64,000 nt of DNA, taken from contig OZ024746.1 of the NCBI GenBank assembly GCA_964016885.1, positions 11,842,001 through 11,906,000 on the forward strand, read 5' to 3'. The notes under the pieces were generated by a model that saw only the letters and a program-made list of their open reading frames with translations, made no database searches and had not been told where the DNA came from. The translations under genes and the position numbers were made by a program. The stretch is from Eledone cirrhosa. Taxonomy: Eukaryota. Position 1 is the stretch's first letter; every line of letters starts with the position of its first letter. Shown piece after piece: positions 51,945 through 64,000 of this stretch.

Positions 51945-52675
51945 TTACTATTTTCCATCAGCTTGGTTATGTGTTCTTGCAACAGCCAAGAACTGTGTTA
52001 CCATATTTTTGGAATTCTTAACTCCATTGGGAGCCTCCTCAGTTTTGGGGGCAAGAGGTTTTAGTGGCATACTATACCAAAACACGACTGATTTATCAGT
52101 ATTATACACTTTCTCTGAAGATAAGTTTTCCAATATCATTAAACCTGCAAATTCATCCACAAACTCTGTTGGAGGTTTCATGTCAGCATCAAGCGTTTCA
52201 TCACAAACATACACATTATATACCAAAGTAACACTTAAGCTTGTGCAAACAAACTTGTGAATATTTAGTCATATTCTGTGTACATATATATATGCATACC
52301 AGTGATTCTCCAGCACCCTGCATTGGGATATATTTTGTTGGACTAACAAAGGCCAAGTAATAATAGTTCACTGAAATTATATAATAGGCTGCTGTCAAGT
52401 TTACTTTTTTGCTATTAAACCTTCATGACACAAGCTTGTTTATTCACTAGAAATACATTATAAAGACAGAAACACTCTTTCTACTCCTCATTTATGATAA
52501 TATGGAGGTGAAAGCGTTTAAAACTAACTTCTTTAATACTGGAACTAACGGCATACATTTCAAATTGCTTTCACACAAATATTGTTGTCCAGTTCTTTCA
52601 TCATTTGTACTTTTTTTTGTGTTTTATGTTTTACTCTACCACTGACATTGGCCTTGATGTCTGGAGGTCATAATG
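51945..52675 (-). mobile_element. Tigger/pogo (jerky-like) DDE transposase remnant
   Basis: EFVDEFAGLMILENLSSEKVYNTDKSVVFW..MPLKPLA matches the CENP-B/Tigger YNADETGLFW region; HTH-like remnant near 52540-52670. Confidence 0.8.
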
Positions 52676-53247
52676 AGGGAGTAATGTAAACAAAATATGA
52701 GAAGAATTTCCCTAAATCACTGGAGCTGGAGCAACCACTGATATTTAGATATTCAGTTGATTGTAAATGACATACAGCACCACCTGTAGCTGCCCAATGG
52801 CTGATGGGGAAATTCAAAATGTTCTTTCACACTTTCATAATTGTGTTTGGATTAAGGGAGGAACTGGATTGGCACCAAGACAAAGCCCCCCCCCCCCCCC
52901 CCCCCCCACATACTTGGTAAAGTGGTTGGTGTTAGGAAGGGCATCCAACCTTAGAAGCCAGCTGAAGGGTGGAGAGGACCCTTCAGCCATGACACAGTAA
53001 CTTCTCTGGTACTGGTACCATGAAAAATGCACCCTGTACACTTTGTAAGGTAGCTGGTGATAGGAAGGGCATCCAGCCATAGACACCATGGCAAACAAAA
53101 GGTCAAGAGGATTCTTTAGTTGCATCAAGGGTTCAATAACCTCTCTAGTGTTAGTGACACGATAAAATGTACCCTGTACACTCTCTAAAGTGATTGATAG
53201 CACTAAAACGTATGTTGTTCATTCTGTAAAGTGGTTGGTGATATATA

Positions 53248-53355
53248 TTGAAGGACTTCTGTCCGAAACGTTGAAACCTCCTCCACTTCCACCAAGTGTA
53301 AACCTAATATAACTGAGTACAATTGCCTCCTGTGTTTTGTTCATTCATTTTCAAC
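53248..53355 (+). mobile_element. 5'-truncated hammerhead-like element of a second family, between (TA)n tracts
   Basis: TGAA-GGAC-TTCT-GTCC-GAAACGTT: stem II plus GAAA plus palindromic AACGTT; the CUGA half of the core is missing. Confidence 0.45.
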
Positions 53356-53699
53356 TATATATATATATGAGAGAGTTAGATAATTATAGGTTCATTCAGC
53401 AAAGCAGTGGAAAAATTAAGTTGAATAATATTTATTGAAAGCTGAGTCTACATGTGTCACTGAAAAGAAAGATCTTGAACAGTGATGATGATGATGATCC
53501 TGTATAAATTAAATATAAACATCATTATAAATAGACAACATAATTAGAAAGGAAAACATGGCACATGACACTCATTTTTCCTGTTTTGTTTATATCCACA
53601 TTTACAATTTAATATACATATATGGACGGGAACAAAAACACATACATGCACACACACACATATACACACATACTCACACTATATATATTTCTGGATGCA

Positions 53700-53995
53700 T
53701 GTATGGCTGAGTGGTTATGAAGTTAACTTTGCAATCATGAGGTTCTGGGTTCAATGCTACTGCTTGGTATCTTGAGAAAGTGTCTTTATCATAGTTTTGG
53801 TTTGACCCAAGTTTTGTGAGGGAGATTATGTTGACAGAAACTGGCAGCCCAATGGATGGATTGTACCTGTAATTCAAAGGTCCAACTTTGTGTCACCCTG
53901 TTTAGTCTTTCAAATTATGTTAAGGATACGTATGTCTGTGAAATACTCAACCACTTATATTCATGTGTTGGACTTTCAGTTGATTCAACACCTGG
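53700..53995 (+). mobile_element. Degenerate tRNA-derived SINE
   Basis: TGGCTGAGTGG A box, GGTTCAATGC B box; relatives at about 29820-29990, 50890-51160 and 42480-42630 (minus). Confidence 0.7.
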
Positions 53996-55020
53996 ATCTT
54001 TTTATGGCTGTATAATGCAACCTTGATTATAGCTTTGATTGTAGACAGGACATGTAAGTGTTTGGTTTGGATAGACTAGCTGTAACTTTGCAAGATTACC
54101 AGTTTTCTCAATTTTGTCTGGTAGTGCTGAGTGCCTTTTTCATCCAGCTGTGAGACTGGAAGTGAGTGTCAGATAGCAATGACTTTCTTTGAGTATTTAA
54201 GTCTTTCAGTACCGACCCTTATGAAAATACCTTCTTTCAATACCGACCCTTATTACCTTCCTGTAATTACCTATTTTTTCATGTTTAAATTATAACTTCA
54301 ATTAAATTTTCTTTTCTTTACCACTGTTAGACCACAATATAGAGACTCCAACTTTTATTACTTTTTGTCTGTATTTCTCCTTATATGTCCCCCTAAAAAT
54401 TCCAAAGATTATATAGGACACCTCCCTCTCTCCATCTACCTACACCTCTTCACTCAACTTTTCAGACTTTATTCCCCTATCTTAATATTTCTTTTCTTTG
54501 TTTTTACTTAAATAAGATTTCTCCTATGATAGTTTTATGTGAGAATCTTAAGTTGTACTCTTTGGAAAATGGATGAAAAATGAGGATGATACGAATCAAG
54601 GAAACCTCTGTGTTTGCTTGACATGTTAGAAATAGCAACCAATCTGCCTCAAATCATACAAAAAGACAGAATGATCATAACTAGAGTGCCTAGGTTTGCT
54701 AAATCAGCACTAACCCATCATTTTTATGTCCATTTTCCATTCTGGCATGGGTTGGACAGGTCATTACAGTCATTTATTTCTCATTCCAAATTATTGCCTT
54801 CCTAAACCAGATAAATAAACTAATAAATAATGTTCAAATTATTACACTAAATGCCCCAAAATGTTTGCTTATTTTGAAAATTAAATTGAAACACATGCAC
54901 TGCATACTTGTTGTTTATAATGTGATCTGGAAGCTTGAATCCAGGTTAATTTTAGCCATATTTTCTTTGAAATGTGCACTGCTTCCTATTAGATATTCTC
55001 TTTAAACAAGTATTCCATAA

Positions 55021-55212
55021 CCCTTTAATGTTCAAACCGGCCAGAATTCTCTACCTTTTTCTGTTGAAACTGGCTGTAACTGGTCAGTCAAACTGATGTT
55101 AAGGTATTGTTCTCAAAATAAATACTTTCAAAATCTCATAGATTTGATATGTGAGATAAGTATGCGAGGTAAAGCCTTTACCATGAAAATATAATAGTAT
55201 ATATAGAGTAAT
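55021..55212 (+). mobile_element. Family A MITE lacking right TIR
   Basis: CCCTTTAATGTTCAAACCGGCCAG start; interior matches 1580-1778 and 24166-24326. Confidence 0.75.
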
Positions 55213-56496
55213 AGATACAAATTAGTTATACTTGATTGTGTGTCTTTGTAAACCCTGATTTGCCTCCTGAACAACTCGTGTGTCCCTAATTTTCTTTGCA
55301 TGCTCCAAAAACATTTTCTTGGTTCAGCTTATATAGTCATGTCTACAACTTGTCTGTGCTGATCAAACTGAGAAATATTTAAGTATTATATTTCTGCTCA
55401 TTGCATTGTCATGTATATTCAGTATGAAAAGTTAATGGAGTGTGGTGACCCAAGGAAAGATTTATTGGAGTGGTTTCCAAGCACTACAAGCTAACAAAAC
55501 ACTAGTTAGTTATACATATACTTCATCTCCTGCAGAGTTGGGTTCTTTTTGTTTTTTCTATCACTTTCAATGACAATATCTAGTTTTGGATATGCCAGTT
55601 GTGTACTGCTTCTTGGACAAACTAGGCTTCTGTCTGCCACTGGTACCATGTAACTCAGTACAATCTGCTTCGTGGTCGAGTGGTGAGCGACTAAACCGGC
55701 TCCCACACCAGACTATAGTCTGGTGAAGAGAGTAAGTGGAACCTCAGCTGCACAAAACAAGAGCTGTTAAAAGGTAGATGAACTCCTCAGAGTCAACTGC
55801 TATCCACCCCAATTATGGGTTAAATGGCCTCACCACAGTGAGTACAGCTACACCTGTGACATGACCAAAACCAATGAGAAAGAGGTGAAGGTCAACCAGG
55901 GAGGGTTTTCTCCAACAGGAGTGAGAAGGCCCTGGATTAGATTGGTACTGCTTCATATTATCTAAACTTAATTCTGCTATTCTCCCAATACTTTCTGGCA
56001 GAAATGAAATGGACAGCTCATATCTATGCAAGTTTAGCTGGTCTCATATGAGATAGTATCTCAGAAGGTTTGTCAAGTGTTTTATTATGAAAAGCAACAA
56101 TCCTATTTTGTTCAAGAACACAAAATACTGCTCAGTCCAGGAATAGAACCCAGGATCTTATGATTGTGAGTCCAATATCCCAAACACTAAGCCATGCATC
56201 TTCACTTTCCAGCAGACCTCATACTAAACACTTAATTTAGTTCTTCTTTATGAAAAAACTATTTACATATCCTTCTAAAACTTACTCTTTTTTTGTTAGT
56301 CATCCATAATTAAAATTAAACAGATTTGTTTTCTAGTCTGAAGACTATGGGCAGAGTTTCTGTTGTTCAGGACTACTAGCATATAAAGATAAATTAACAA
56401 ATAAACCAATGCTGTAAAAACATTTTTATGTTATGTATTTTATGAACCAGCATGCAATGTTACTTTGTAAACTGATGTTTTAATATTTTTGATCAG

Positions 56497-56567
56497 CAGC
56501 TCCGATGAAGTTCGAGCACCTATTCCACAAAAAAGAGAGATACTTGTTGAAGATGCACCTGTATTTG
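56497..56567 (+). CDS. UBXN7: UBXN7 coding exon 3 (SSDEVRAPIPQKREILVEDAPVFG)
   Basis: EVRAPIPQK.EILVE motif; CAGCAG acceptor (alternative start 56500); G|GTAAGT donor; phases 2 to 1. Confidence 0.93.
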
Positions 56568-57419
56568 GTAAGTAAATCTGATAGTTTTCTTTCAATTTCA
56601 AATACCTCAGAAATACCCAACCTAATAAATTTCTACATTTACTTGCTTAGGATATACATTAATCAAAAAATGAAATTGGGAATTTTTTTTTCATCCTGTA
56701 TCTTGAAACAAATAGGATGGTGGAGTAGTTGGTGAGTATCAATTGGAATGGAATGAACAATTTTAATAAAACTGATTTATTTTAATCAGTACCCTAATCA
56801 GCTTACTTTGGTAATAACATCGGAAATAATCATGGTAAAAGCTTGTGGCAATTTTGGCTGCTTTTCACAACATTGATTGAAAAATCATTACATATCACCA
56901 CTGCAATAGTCAAAACTAATCTATAAATGAATTTGGATTTAATATTTAATTTTTATTTTGTGGAGAGGGTAAATCATTTGTCTCCTCCTTCTAACTTGTA
57001 TCCAATCTAGAGGTTTGTGTGTATGGATACCCATGTACATATTGTTGTGGCTTAGTAGTTTTATTGATGAAAATGTACATAACTCTTCTACCCTCAAGCT
57101 GAAAGCAAGAATAGAAAAAAAAGTCTTATCTCTTCCTCTTTTTTCCTCTCCTCAAGAATTAATATATTTCAACCACTAATCCACAGATGTACTGTTTCCA
57201 GCCTGCCTTTTCTACTACTTCTCCAGGTCCTGAACTAGCCACTCTCTAATTTTACTGCTTCAAGATGTCAATTTTTAAAAATTCCTCTTTTTTTTAATGT
57301 TGAAATAGAAGTGATACTTCTGTTCACCTAGGCTAGCTGAAGTAAGAGGAGCTATGAACTGACCTAACACATAGCATGTAGGATCAGCAATTTCTTGTAG
57401 TTTCTAACAATCATATATT

Positions 57420-58200
57420 TTGATTTTAGAGCAGTTTTAATCTCAAATAAGCATCTTTGAATGCATTTTACATGTTGCATCACCAACCCCCTTGCTCTCA
57501 TTTTCTCCTTTGAGTATCTGGTTTAGCATAGGTACATCATATTCCTCTATATTGTAAACATAAATGATTAAAGAGTTGGTTTTTGAAGGGCAGCTGTCTG
57601 TAAAACATTGCCCCAAAAAGGACCTCATGATGAGTATGAATGAATAGTTAATGTTCAATGTTAATTGTTGCAAAGCATTTGGTTAGAGGGAAATTATGAA
57701 GAGGAACAGAGTTCCAGAATGGTAGAGTTCTGAGAAATATTTGGGAAGAAGTCACTAGTTTTGGCTACAGGGCAATGAGGTCAAGTGTTGCAGGAGGTTG
57801 TTAAAGGTATGGCAACAAGTTGTTAAGGGTGCTACAAAGTTTTCTACCAATATCTTCAATATTTGAATTTTTCCAAGGTAACAATATCATCAAGTTATAC
57901 CAATTTTGATGGTGGCTTAAGAAAAAGTTGAAGAAAATCAAACAGCTTTACATTTCCCTTTAATGTTTCTACTTCTTATCAACCACTTCAGTCAAAGGTG
58001 GATGTTACTGAACCACTTTCTAGATCTTGCCAATCTCATCACTCAGCCTTCTGCAACACTGCACAATTTTCATCTGCTTTGTCTTATGTTTCTAACTCTG
58101 TCTTTCATGGAAGAGATGGATTCCAGCAATAAGCTTGATTCTCATATAAATCATTCCTGTTTAGCCTGCTTGAATGCATTAAAACAAATGTTACTGTGAA
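57420..58200 (-). mobile_element. Very decayed LINE 3' region (CR1/Jockey-like)
   Basis: Minus strand near 57710-57755 resembles the FFPRT..LWNSL C-terminal motif; otherwise weak. Confidence 0.3.
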
Positions 58201-59435
58201 TTTTACATAAACTCTTGGTAACTATTAATCATTCAACTAACGTAGCCCAATTTCTAAAACATAAGAGTTCCAACATCACTGGCTGAGATCTTAGTTCTTA
58301 TATTTGCTCTTGTGTTAAAACACTTCTATCTTATGATAGATATTAGCCACTAACAATGAGTGTATAATGACATTTTTCTGTTTGTAGTCCAGAAGATGAT
58401 GAATGCTGACTCCATAGGTTTGTATATGTTATTGATCCCCCCTCACCTGCTCTGTTTATTGTGAATGCCAGTATTTTATTTAAAACTATTGCCACTACAT
58501 CATTTTTGTTGGCTTCAGTAAATGTCTCACATTGGCTTGTGCTTGCATTGTTATTAAATTTCATGGTTTTTCATTTTCTTTCTTTTTTTTGTTTTGTGCT
58601 TATCACATACAAACCTACTCTTTCTTTCTTACAATTGACATTTATAATCAGCTTCTTTTACAGATCTGTAGATTGAACTTAGTAGTTTTAGTTTGTAATT
58701 CTTTTTGTTCTGAAGACAGTCAACATTGTTTCATTTATTGGTTATCACTGTTTAGTCAAATATTTCTGTTCTAATTTAGTTTTCAAGTGTGCATGGAAGA
58801 ACAGGTGAGCACTGCAATGTGGCTCTTGTACTCACACTGCTAAAGTCATAAATGTGACAACTCTCATCCTTTTTCAATCAGTACAGCTAAACACCCAGTC
58901 TTGGTCACAAAAAGTAAAGTAATATATCATGTGTGAAGAGTAATAAACTTTTATGGAGAAAATACTTTGAAAAATTTTAAATGGATTGTCAACTTAATTA
59001 TCAAAATCACAAAGTTTCAAGAAATTAACTAAAATGCTTTGAAGTAGTTTTTGTCTTATTTCATATAAATAAACTTTGTAGTTTAATATGAATTAGTAAA
59101 AGTAGAAATGGATAACGGGTACATATTAGCGATTTGTTCTCTTCAATTTATACTACATTGATGGTCATCATAAAAAATTATTTTGTAAAAAACTCAGTAA
59201 AATTACTGTCAAATGAATCCTCCATTTAATGTACTCTAATAATATTAAGATAGGTGTCATATCTAGACAACTTCTCTTATTGTCTGTCTTTGGTAGATGT
59301 TAGTTACTAACACTTAGTGAACTAGTCTATTTGGTTTAAATAGATACCAAGAAAGAATAGAATCCACTACTATAAGCAGTGGGTTCTATTCTTTCTTGAT
59401 CTCCACGGGCTGTTACTTAACTTAGATTTCTATAA

Positions 59436-59952
59436 TATCAAATAGATAGTACAAGCCTCACTATCAAACAGATAATACAAGCCTCACTATCAAACAAATA
59501 ATACAAGCCTCACTATCAAACAAATAATACAAGCCTCACTATCAAACAAATAATACAAGCCTCACTATCAAACAAATAATACAAGCCTCACTATCAAACA
59601 AATAATACAAGCCTCACTATCAAACAAATAATACAAGCCTCACTATCAAACAAATAATACAAGCCTCACTATCAAACAAATAATACAAGCCTCACTATCA
59701 AACAGATAATACAAGACTCAATATCAAACAGATAGTACAAGCCTCACTATCAAACAGACAGTACAAGGCTCACTATCAAACAAACAGTACAAGGCTCACT
59801 ATCAAACAGATAGTACAAGCCTCACTATCAAACAGACAGTACAAGGCTGACTATCAAACAGACAGTATAAGGCTCACTATCAAACAGATAGTACAAGCCC
59901 CACTATCAAACAGACAGTACAAGGCTCACTATCAAACAGATAGTACAAGGCT
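59436..59952. repeat. 26-bp minisatellite, about 20 copies, in UBXN7 intron 3
   Basis: Unit CAAATAATACAAGCCTCACTATCAAA; homogeneous first half, variant units in second half. Confidence 0.97.
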
Positions 59953-61328
59953 AGATAGTATAAAACTCTCTTTTCTCTTTTCTGAAGGAAGAATTGAACT
60001 AAGGAGCGTAAGCTTACATACAACAGGGAATTATATCACCCTTTGTTGTCTAGTTAAAATTAGGCAGCCTCAGCCCTTGGAAGTAATTTGCCTGTATATA
60101 TGGTGCTAGTGTCAGGATATGAAAACACAAGTTCTTGTCTGTTGGTCCATTATCCTACTGGTTAAGTCTATTATTTTGATAATGGAGAATTTGGTTATTT
60201 CTTGAATTTATGTTCTTATAATTGTATTTACATATAGAATTACATGATTTTGAACAATATAATTTGTTTTATTTCCACTCAACAAAACTCATGGGTTATG
60301 TGCTTAACACAAAACCACTTCACCATTTGATGGGTTTGGAAAGTGAAAGAATTGTAAATCATTGTTGCTATTTTTACACCTGTTTTTCCATGCTGGCATG
60401 GATTGGATGAGACTTTTATCTGTCTTCCAGTTTGGGTTTCTCTCCAATTATTAGCCTGCAAATGTTCAAACTTTAAGCATTAACTGTATCAACCTCACCT
60501 AGTTATCCCAATTACTCCAGTATAGATGATGTTGAAAAGATTATAGATAATATTGATATTATATCTCCAGACATCAGACTAAGATAGAAAGAACATCTGT
60601 TACTATGCTATAGGTTTACTTAAAGCAGAATTATCCAGGACTACACAACAAAAGATCTATCAGAAACATGAGTGGTAAAACACTTGTAAAAAAGGAGAAT
60701 TACAACTTCATAATTGCTTTCTGAATTATTTATAAAGTAAAGGTACAAAATTAACTTGATGAAAATCTGTTAAAGGAATATAAACATCAATTCATTCAAT
60801 ATTTCACCTTAATGAGCACCCAAAGTTAAAAAGCTAAAAATAATGATAGTTTTGGTGAATCTTCATTGTAATTTCAATGATAATTCAAGTAAACTACATT
60901 TTATCCTAATTTTCATTCCTTGAACTAACAACCTTGTTTACCTATGTTGGCTTCAGAAATAAATTTTTTTTTTTTTTTTTTTTTTTCAGATTTTCTTTCT
61001 TCCCACTACCTCATAAAATTTATACTATTTAATGCTGTCAGTTGCTTTTACTTACTAAAGTTCATCGCAACTTTAAAAGGGTAGAGAGAGAGAAAGTGAT
61101 AATTCTAATACTATTATTAACATTTCTTATTTCCAAACTTTAGTCTAGCTGTTATATAGATCTGCTAGAAAATAAATTGGCAAGAACAGAAACAAAATTA
61201 ACTTTTTTTTTCTGTCAAACAATTTACTTTTTTTTATGAACTTGTTATTAACATACCTGTTTTGCTTTAAATATAAATCAATCACACACACATGTACATA
61301 CATATACCTTTACATATATCTATTTCAG

Positions 61329-61394
61329 GTTTCCGAGGAAGACGACCCGCAAAGTCTGTTTTCGATGGCTTCCGAGATTTCCAGGCAGAGGCAC
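61329..61394 (+). CDS. UBXN7: UBXN7 coding exon 4 (FRGRRPAKSVFDGFRDFQAEA)
   Basis: TTTCAG| acceptor, C|GTGAGT donor, phases 1 to 1; FDGFRDFQ motif. Confidence 0.95.
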
Positions 61395-62321
61395 GTGAGT
61401 AGTTTGATTGTTTCTGCTTCAGCTAGGGTCTATTTCATTTAAAATAACAAGAGTAAGGAAATATGTATTTATTTGTTTTATTTTTACTAGTCTAAAATTA
61501 TTTTTAGACATTCCAGAACATAAGTATATATTTCTTTTAGCTTTTGTGCTTTCGGATTTGTGTCAAATCCTAAAGTTTGTTTGCCTTTGATGCTGTAATG
61601 ATTGCCTTAAACAACCACTGCTTAAAAAAGTACCTCCATTTGTTTTGTCATACACCCATGAGGCAAACTCATCTGTGATGCAGTTGTACTAGAATTCCTT
61701 TTGAGTTGGCATAAATGGCAAAGTGAGCAGCTGAAAACAATGCGTTTGTACAATCAAATCAGGTCTGGAATTGGTATCTGGTTTCACATATATGCTTTCT
61801 GCTGTTGGAATGGTAGCTGGGTGATAATCACCATGTTGGATCTCTGTCATCTCTGAGTATGATCAGTTTGGGGTTCTCATCAGAAAATTTGTATATTAGC
61901 TTAAAAACAGATCTTAGCAAAGTATTTGTCTATATTTTTGGCTGCTGCTGACACAACAAAAAGTACCCAGTCCATCCTGAAAGATGATCTTACTGGTGAC
62001 ATGACAAAAAGCACCCAGTCCACACTAACATGGTTGGTGTTAGGAAGGGCACCCAGCTGTAGAAACTAAGCGAAAATACAGATCCATATAAGCAAGATGT
62101 GGTCTTCTGATCTGAATTGTCTCATAACATGACAACTTGTCTAACCCATGCAAGTGTGGAAAATAGACATTAAGCGATGAGGATGATGGTTGTGAATGTT
62201 TCAAGTAGAATAGTTTATCCTCTTGTAGGCATTGCTTTATATTTCTGATATGAACCAATTTCAATGTAGTAACTCTTTTTAATTTATCCACATTGTGGTT
62301 CATAACTCTCAACAAATTACT

Positions 62322-62322
<1 letters not shown>

Positions 62323-62370
<48 letters not shown>
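62323..62370. repeat. (CT)n microsatellite about 20 nt upstream of the exon 5 acceptor
   Basis: Directly visible; produces the spurious LSLS/ERER ORFs. Confidence 0.97.
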
Positions 62371-62372
<2 letters not shown>

Positions 62373-62392
62373 ACTGTTAATTTTCATTTTAG

Positions 62393-62505
62393 GTCAACAG
62401 GAGGAGATGCTACATCGTAGTGCTACAGTAACTTCAAAGCACCAAACATTGGAAGATCTGTTTCGGCCGCCTATTGATCTCATATTTAAGGGAACATTTG
62501 CCAGT
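62393..62505 (+). CDS. UBXN7: UBXN7 coding exon 5 (QQEEMLH...TLEDLFRPPIDLIFKGTFAS)
   Basis: TTTTAG| acceptor, T|GTAAGT donor, phases 1 to 0; L.DLFRPPIDL motif. Confidence 0.96.
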
Positions 62506-62838
62506 GTAAGTTAACTTTTACAATACTGGCTTATATAATGTTACAGGCACACAGTAAATTGCCTATACCACCAATGCCCAATTGGTTTTAGATTTATATC
62601 CTGTAGTTGCAATGAATATTTGAATCCTCACCATTTTTATGTATGATTTTTCCATGGTGGTGTGTGTTGGATGAGAATTTTTGAGGCATTATTCAATGGC
62701 TGGATGGCTTTTCTGACACCAACCAATGGTATTTTATCTGATGCTCTACCAATTCTGCCAATCCGCCCACCCTTAGTAATATTGAAAGACATAGAAAACT
62801 TTATAATGATGATGATAATTTTTTTTCTGTTACATCAG

Positions 62839-62985
62839 GCCCGGGAAGAAGGAACCAACCAAAACAGATGGTTAATGGTTAACATACAAAATGTACAGGA
62901 GTTTGCTTGCCAAACTCTCAATCGAGATGTCTGGAGTAACAGTGCTGTCCGAAATATTGTGAAGGAACATTTTATATTGTGGCAG
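62839..62985 (+). CDS. UBXN7: UBXN7 coding exon 6, UAS (thioredoxin-like) domain (AREEG...WLMVNIQNVQEFACQTLNRDVWSN...HFILWQ)
   Basis: CATCAG| acceptor, CAG|GTGAAT donor, phase 0 to 0; hallmark UAS motif. Confidence 0.97.
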
Positions 62986-63082
62986 GTGAATTATTTTGAA
63001 TGATATTTCTTATTTTCTGTTACTCCCTTCTTTATAAGTAGGGTGAGAGTATTTTCTCTTTTGTAATGTTTGTATATCCCAA

Positions 63083-63083
<1 letters not shown>

Positions 63084-63141
<58 letters not shown>
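63084..63141. repeat. (TG)n microsatellite in UBXN7 intron 6
   Basis: Directly visible. Confidence 0.97.
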
Positions 63142-63143
<2 letters not shown>

Positions 63144-63569
63144 ACAGATAGAGGTAACATGGCAGAAAACCTAGGAAGAATTAGTGAGGTTAGATCTTGG
63201 GATGCTTGACAACAGGATGTTATAATGGGAATAGCAATTCAGAAATAGGGGAAACAGCATGGTGAAGGAATTATTGGAATGGTCTAGTATAGAAATTGTA
63301 GGAAGATGATTGTTACTTAATAGTAGTTTAGAAAATAAAATCTTTTGATACCAACCCACCCAAAACTGGCTCTGGTTCAATTATACCAAAACCACTCATT
63401 TTAAAAGGTTCCTATTTACAAAATAAAATTTTTCAACATAATTTTATATACGAACCATATGTTAAGTTAATATCTTAGTAATGGAATAATTGATAGTGGG
63501 TTTTTATATATTAATTCAAAATATTGACTGGAATTTTGATGTTTTTGTTGTCTTTTCTTTCAAAAATAG

Positions 63570-63660
63570 GTATATCATGACAGTGAAGAAGGTCGTAAAT
63601 ATATGCAATTTTACAAAGTGAATACATGGCCTTATGTTGCCATTCTTGATCCACAAACAG
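63570..63660 (+). CDS. UBXN7: UBXN7 coding exon 7 (VYHDSEEGRKYMQFYKVNTWPYVAILDPQTG); gene continues beyond the window
   Basis: AATAG| acceptor, CAG|GTGAGT donor; YHDSEEG..Y.QFY...PYV.ILDP.TG motif. Confidence 0.96.
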
Positions 63661-64000
63661 GTGAGTGAGAGAGTTGGTAATATAGAAGTATTTTTCTGCC
63701 CTTCACTACTTCATGTACTTACACTACAATTTGTAGATGTTACTGTTACACCTCATCAGCATACATCATCATCATCATCATCATCATCACTACCATTGCT
63801 GCTGCCACCACTACCATCTTCTGTACATTTACAGTGAATATGAGTTGATATCTTATTAATACAGCCATTGTCTTGTGCTTTTGCCTCATTTTTATTTGAC
63901 TAACAAATCTAACGTGGTAGGCATCCATCTCTAATGAAACATATCTAACTTGCTAGTTGAGTGTCTAGTGGTAGGAGAGGCATCCATCTCTAATGAAACA

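Overview
AT-rich eukaryotic (animal) genomic DNA. The repeat content (tRNA-derived SINEs with (GAT)n tails, RTE-clade LINE debris, TTAA MITEs, many microsatellites) suggests a cephalopod such as Octopus, but that is an inference. Two protein-coding genes are supported, both on +. One is an intronless two-box HMGB-type gene with an acidic tail (15390-16067), in a CpG-rich promoter region and followed by a long, apparently TE-free 3' region. The other is the first seven coding exons of a UBXN7 orthologue (38496-63660, continuing past the window), reconstructed by hand with consistent GT-AG phases. Most notable extra signals: short elements carrying minimal type-I hammerhead ribozyme motifs of the Penelope-like-element kind, inserted in (TA)n tracts around and inside UBXN7; several snap-back hairpins; a minisatellite derived from a dispersed repeat; structured GC islands in the HMGB 3' UTR; and splice-site patterns hinting at non-coding transcripts around HMGB. 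Repeat boundaries are approximate and all folds were worked out by eye.
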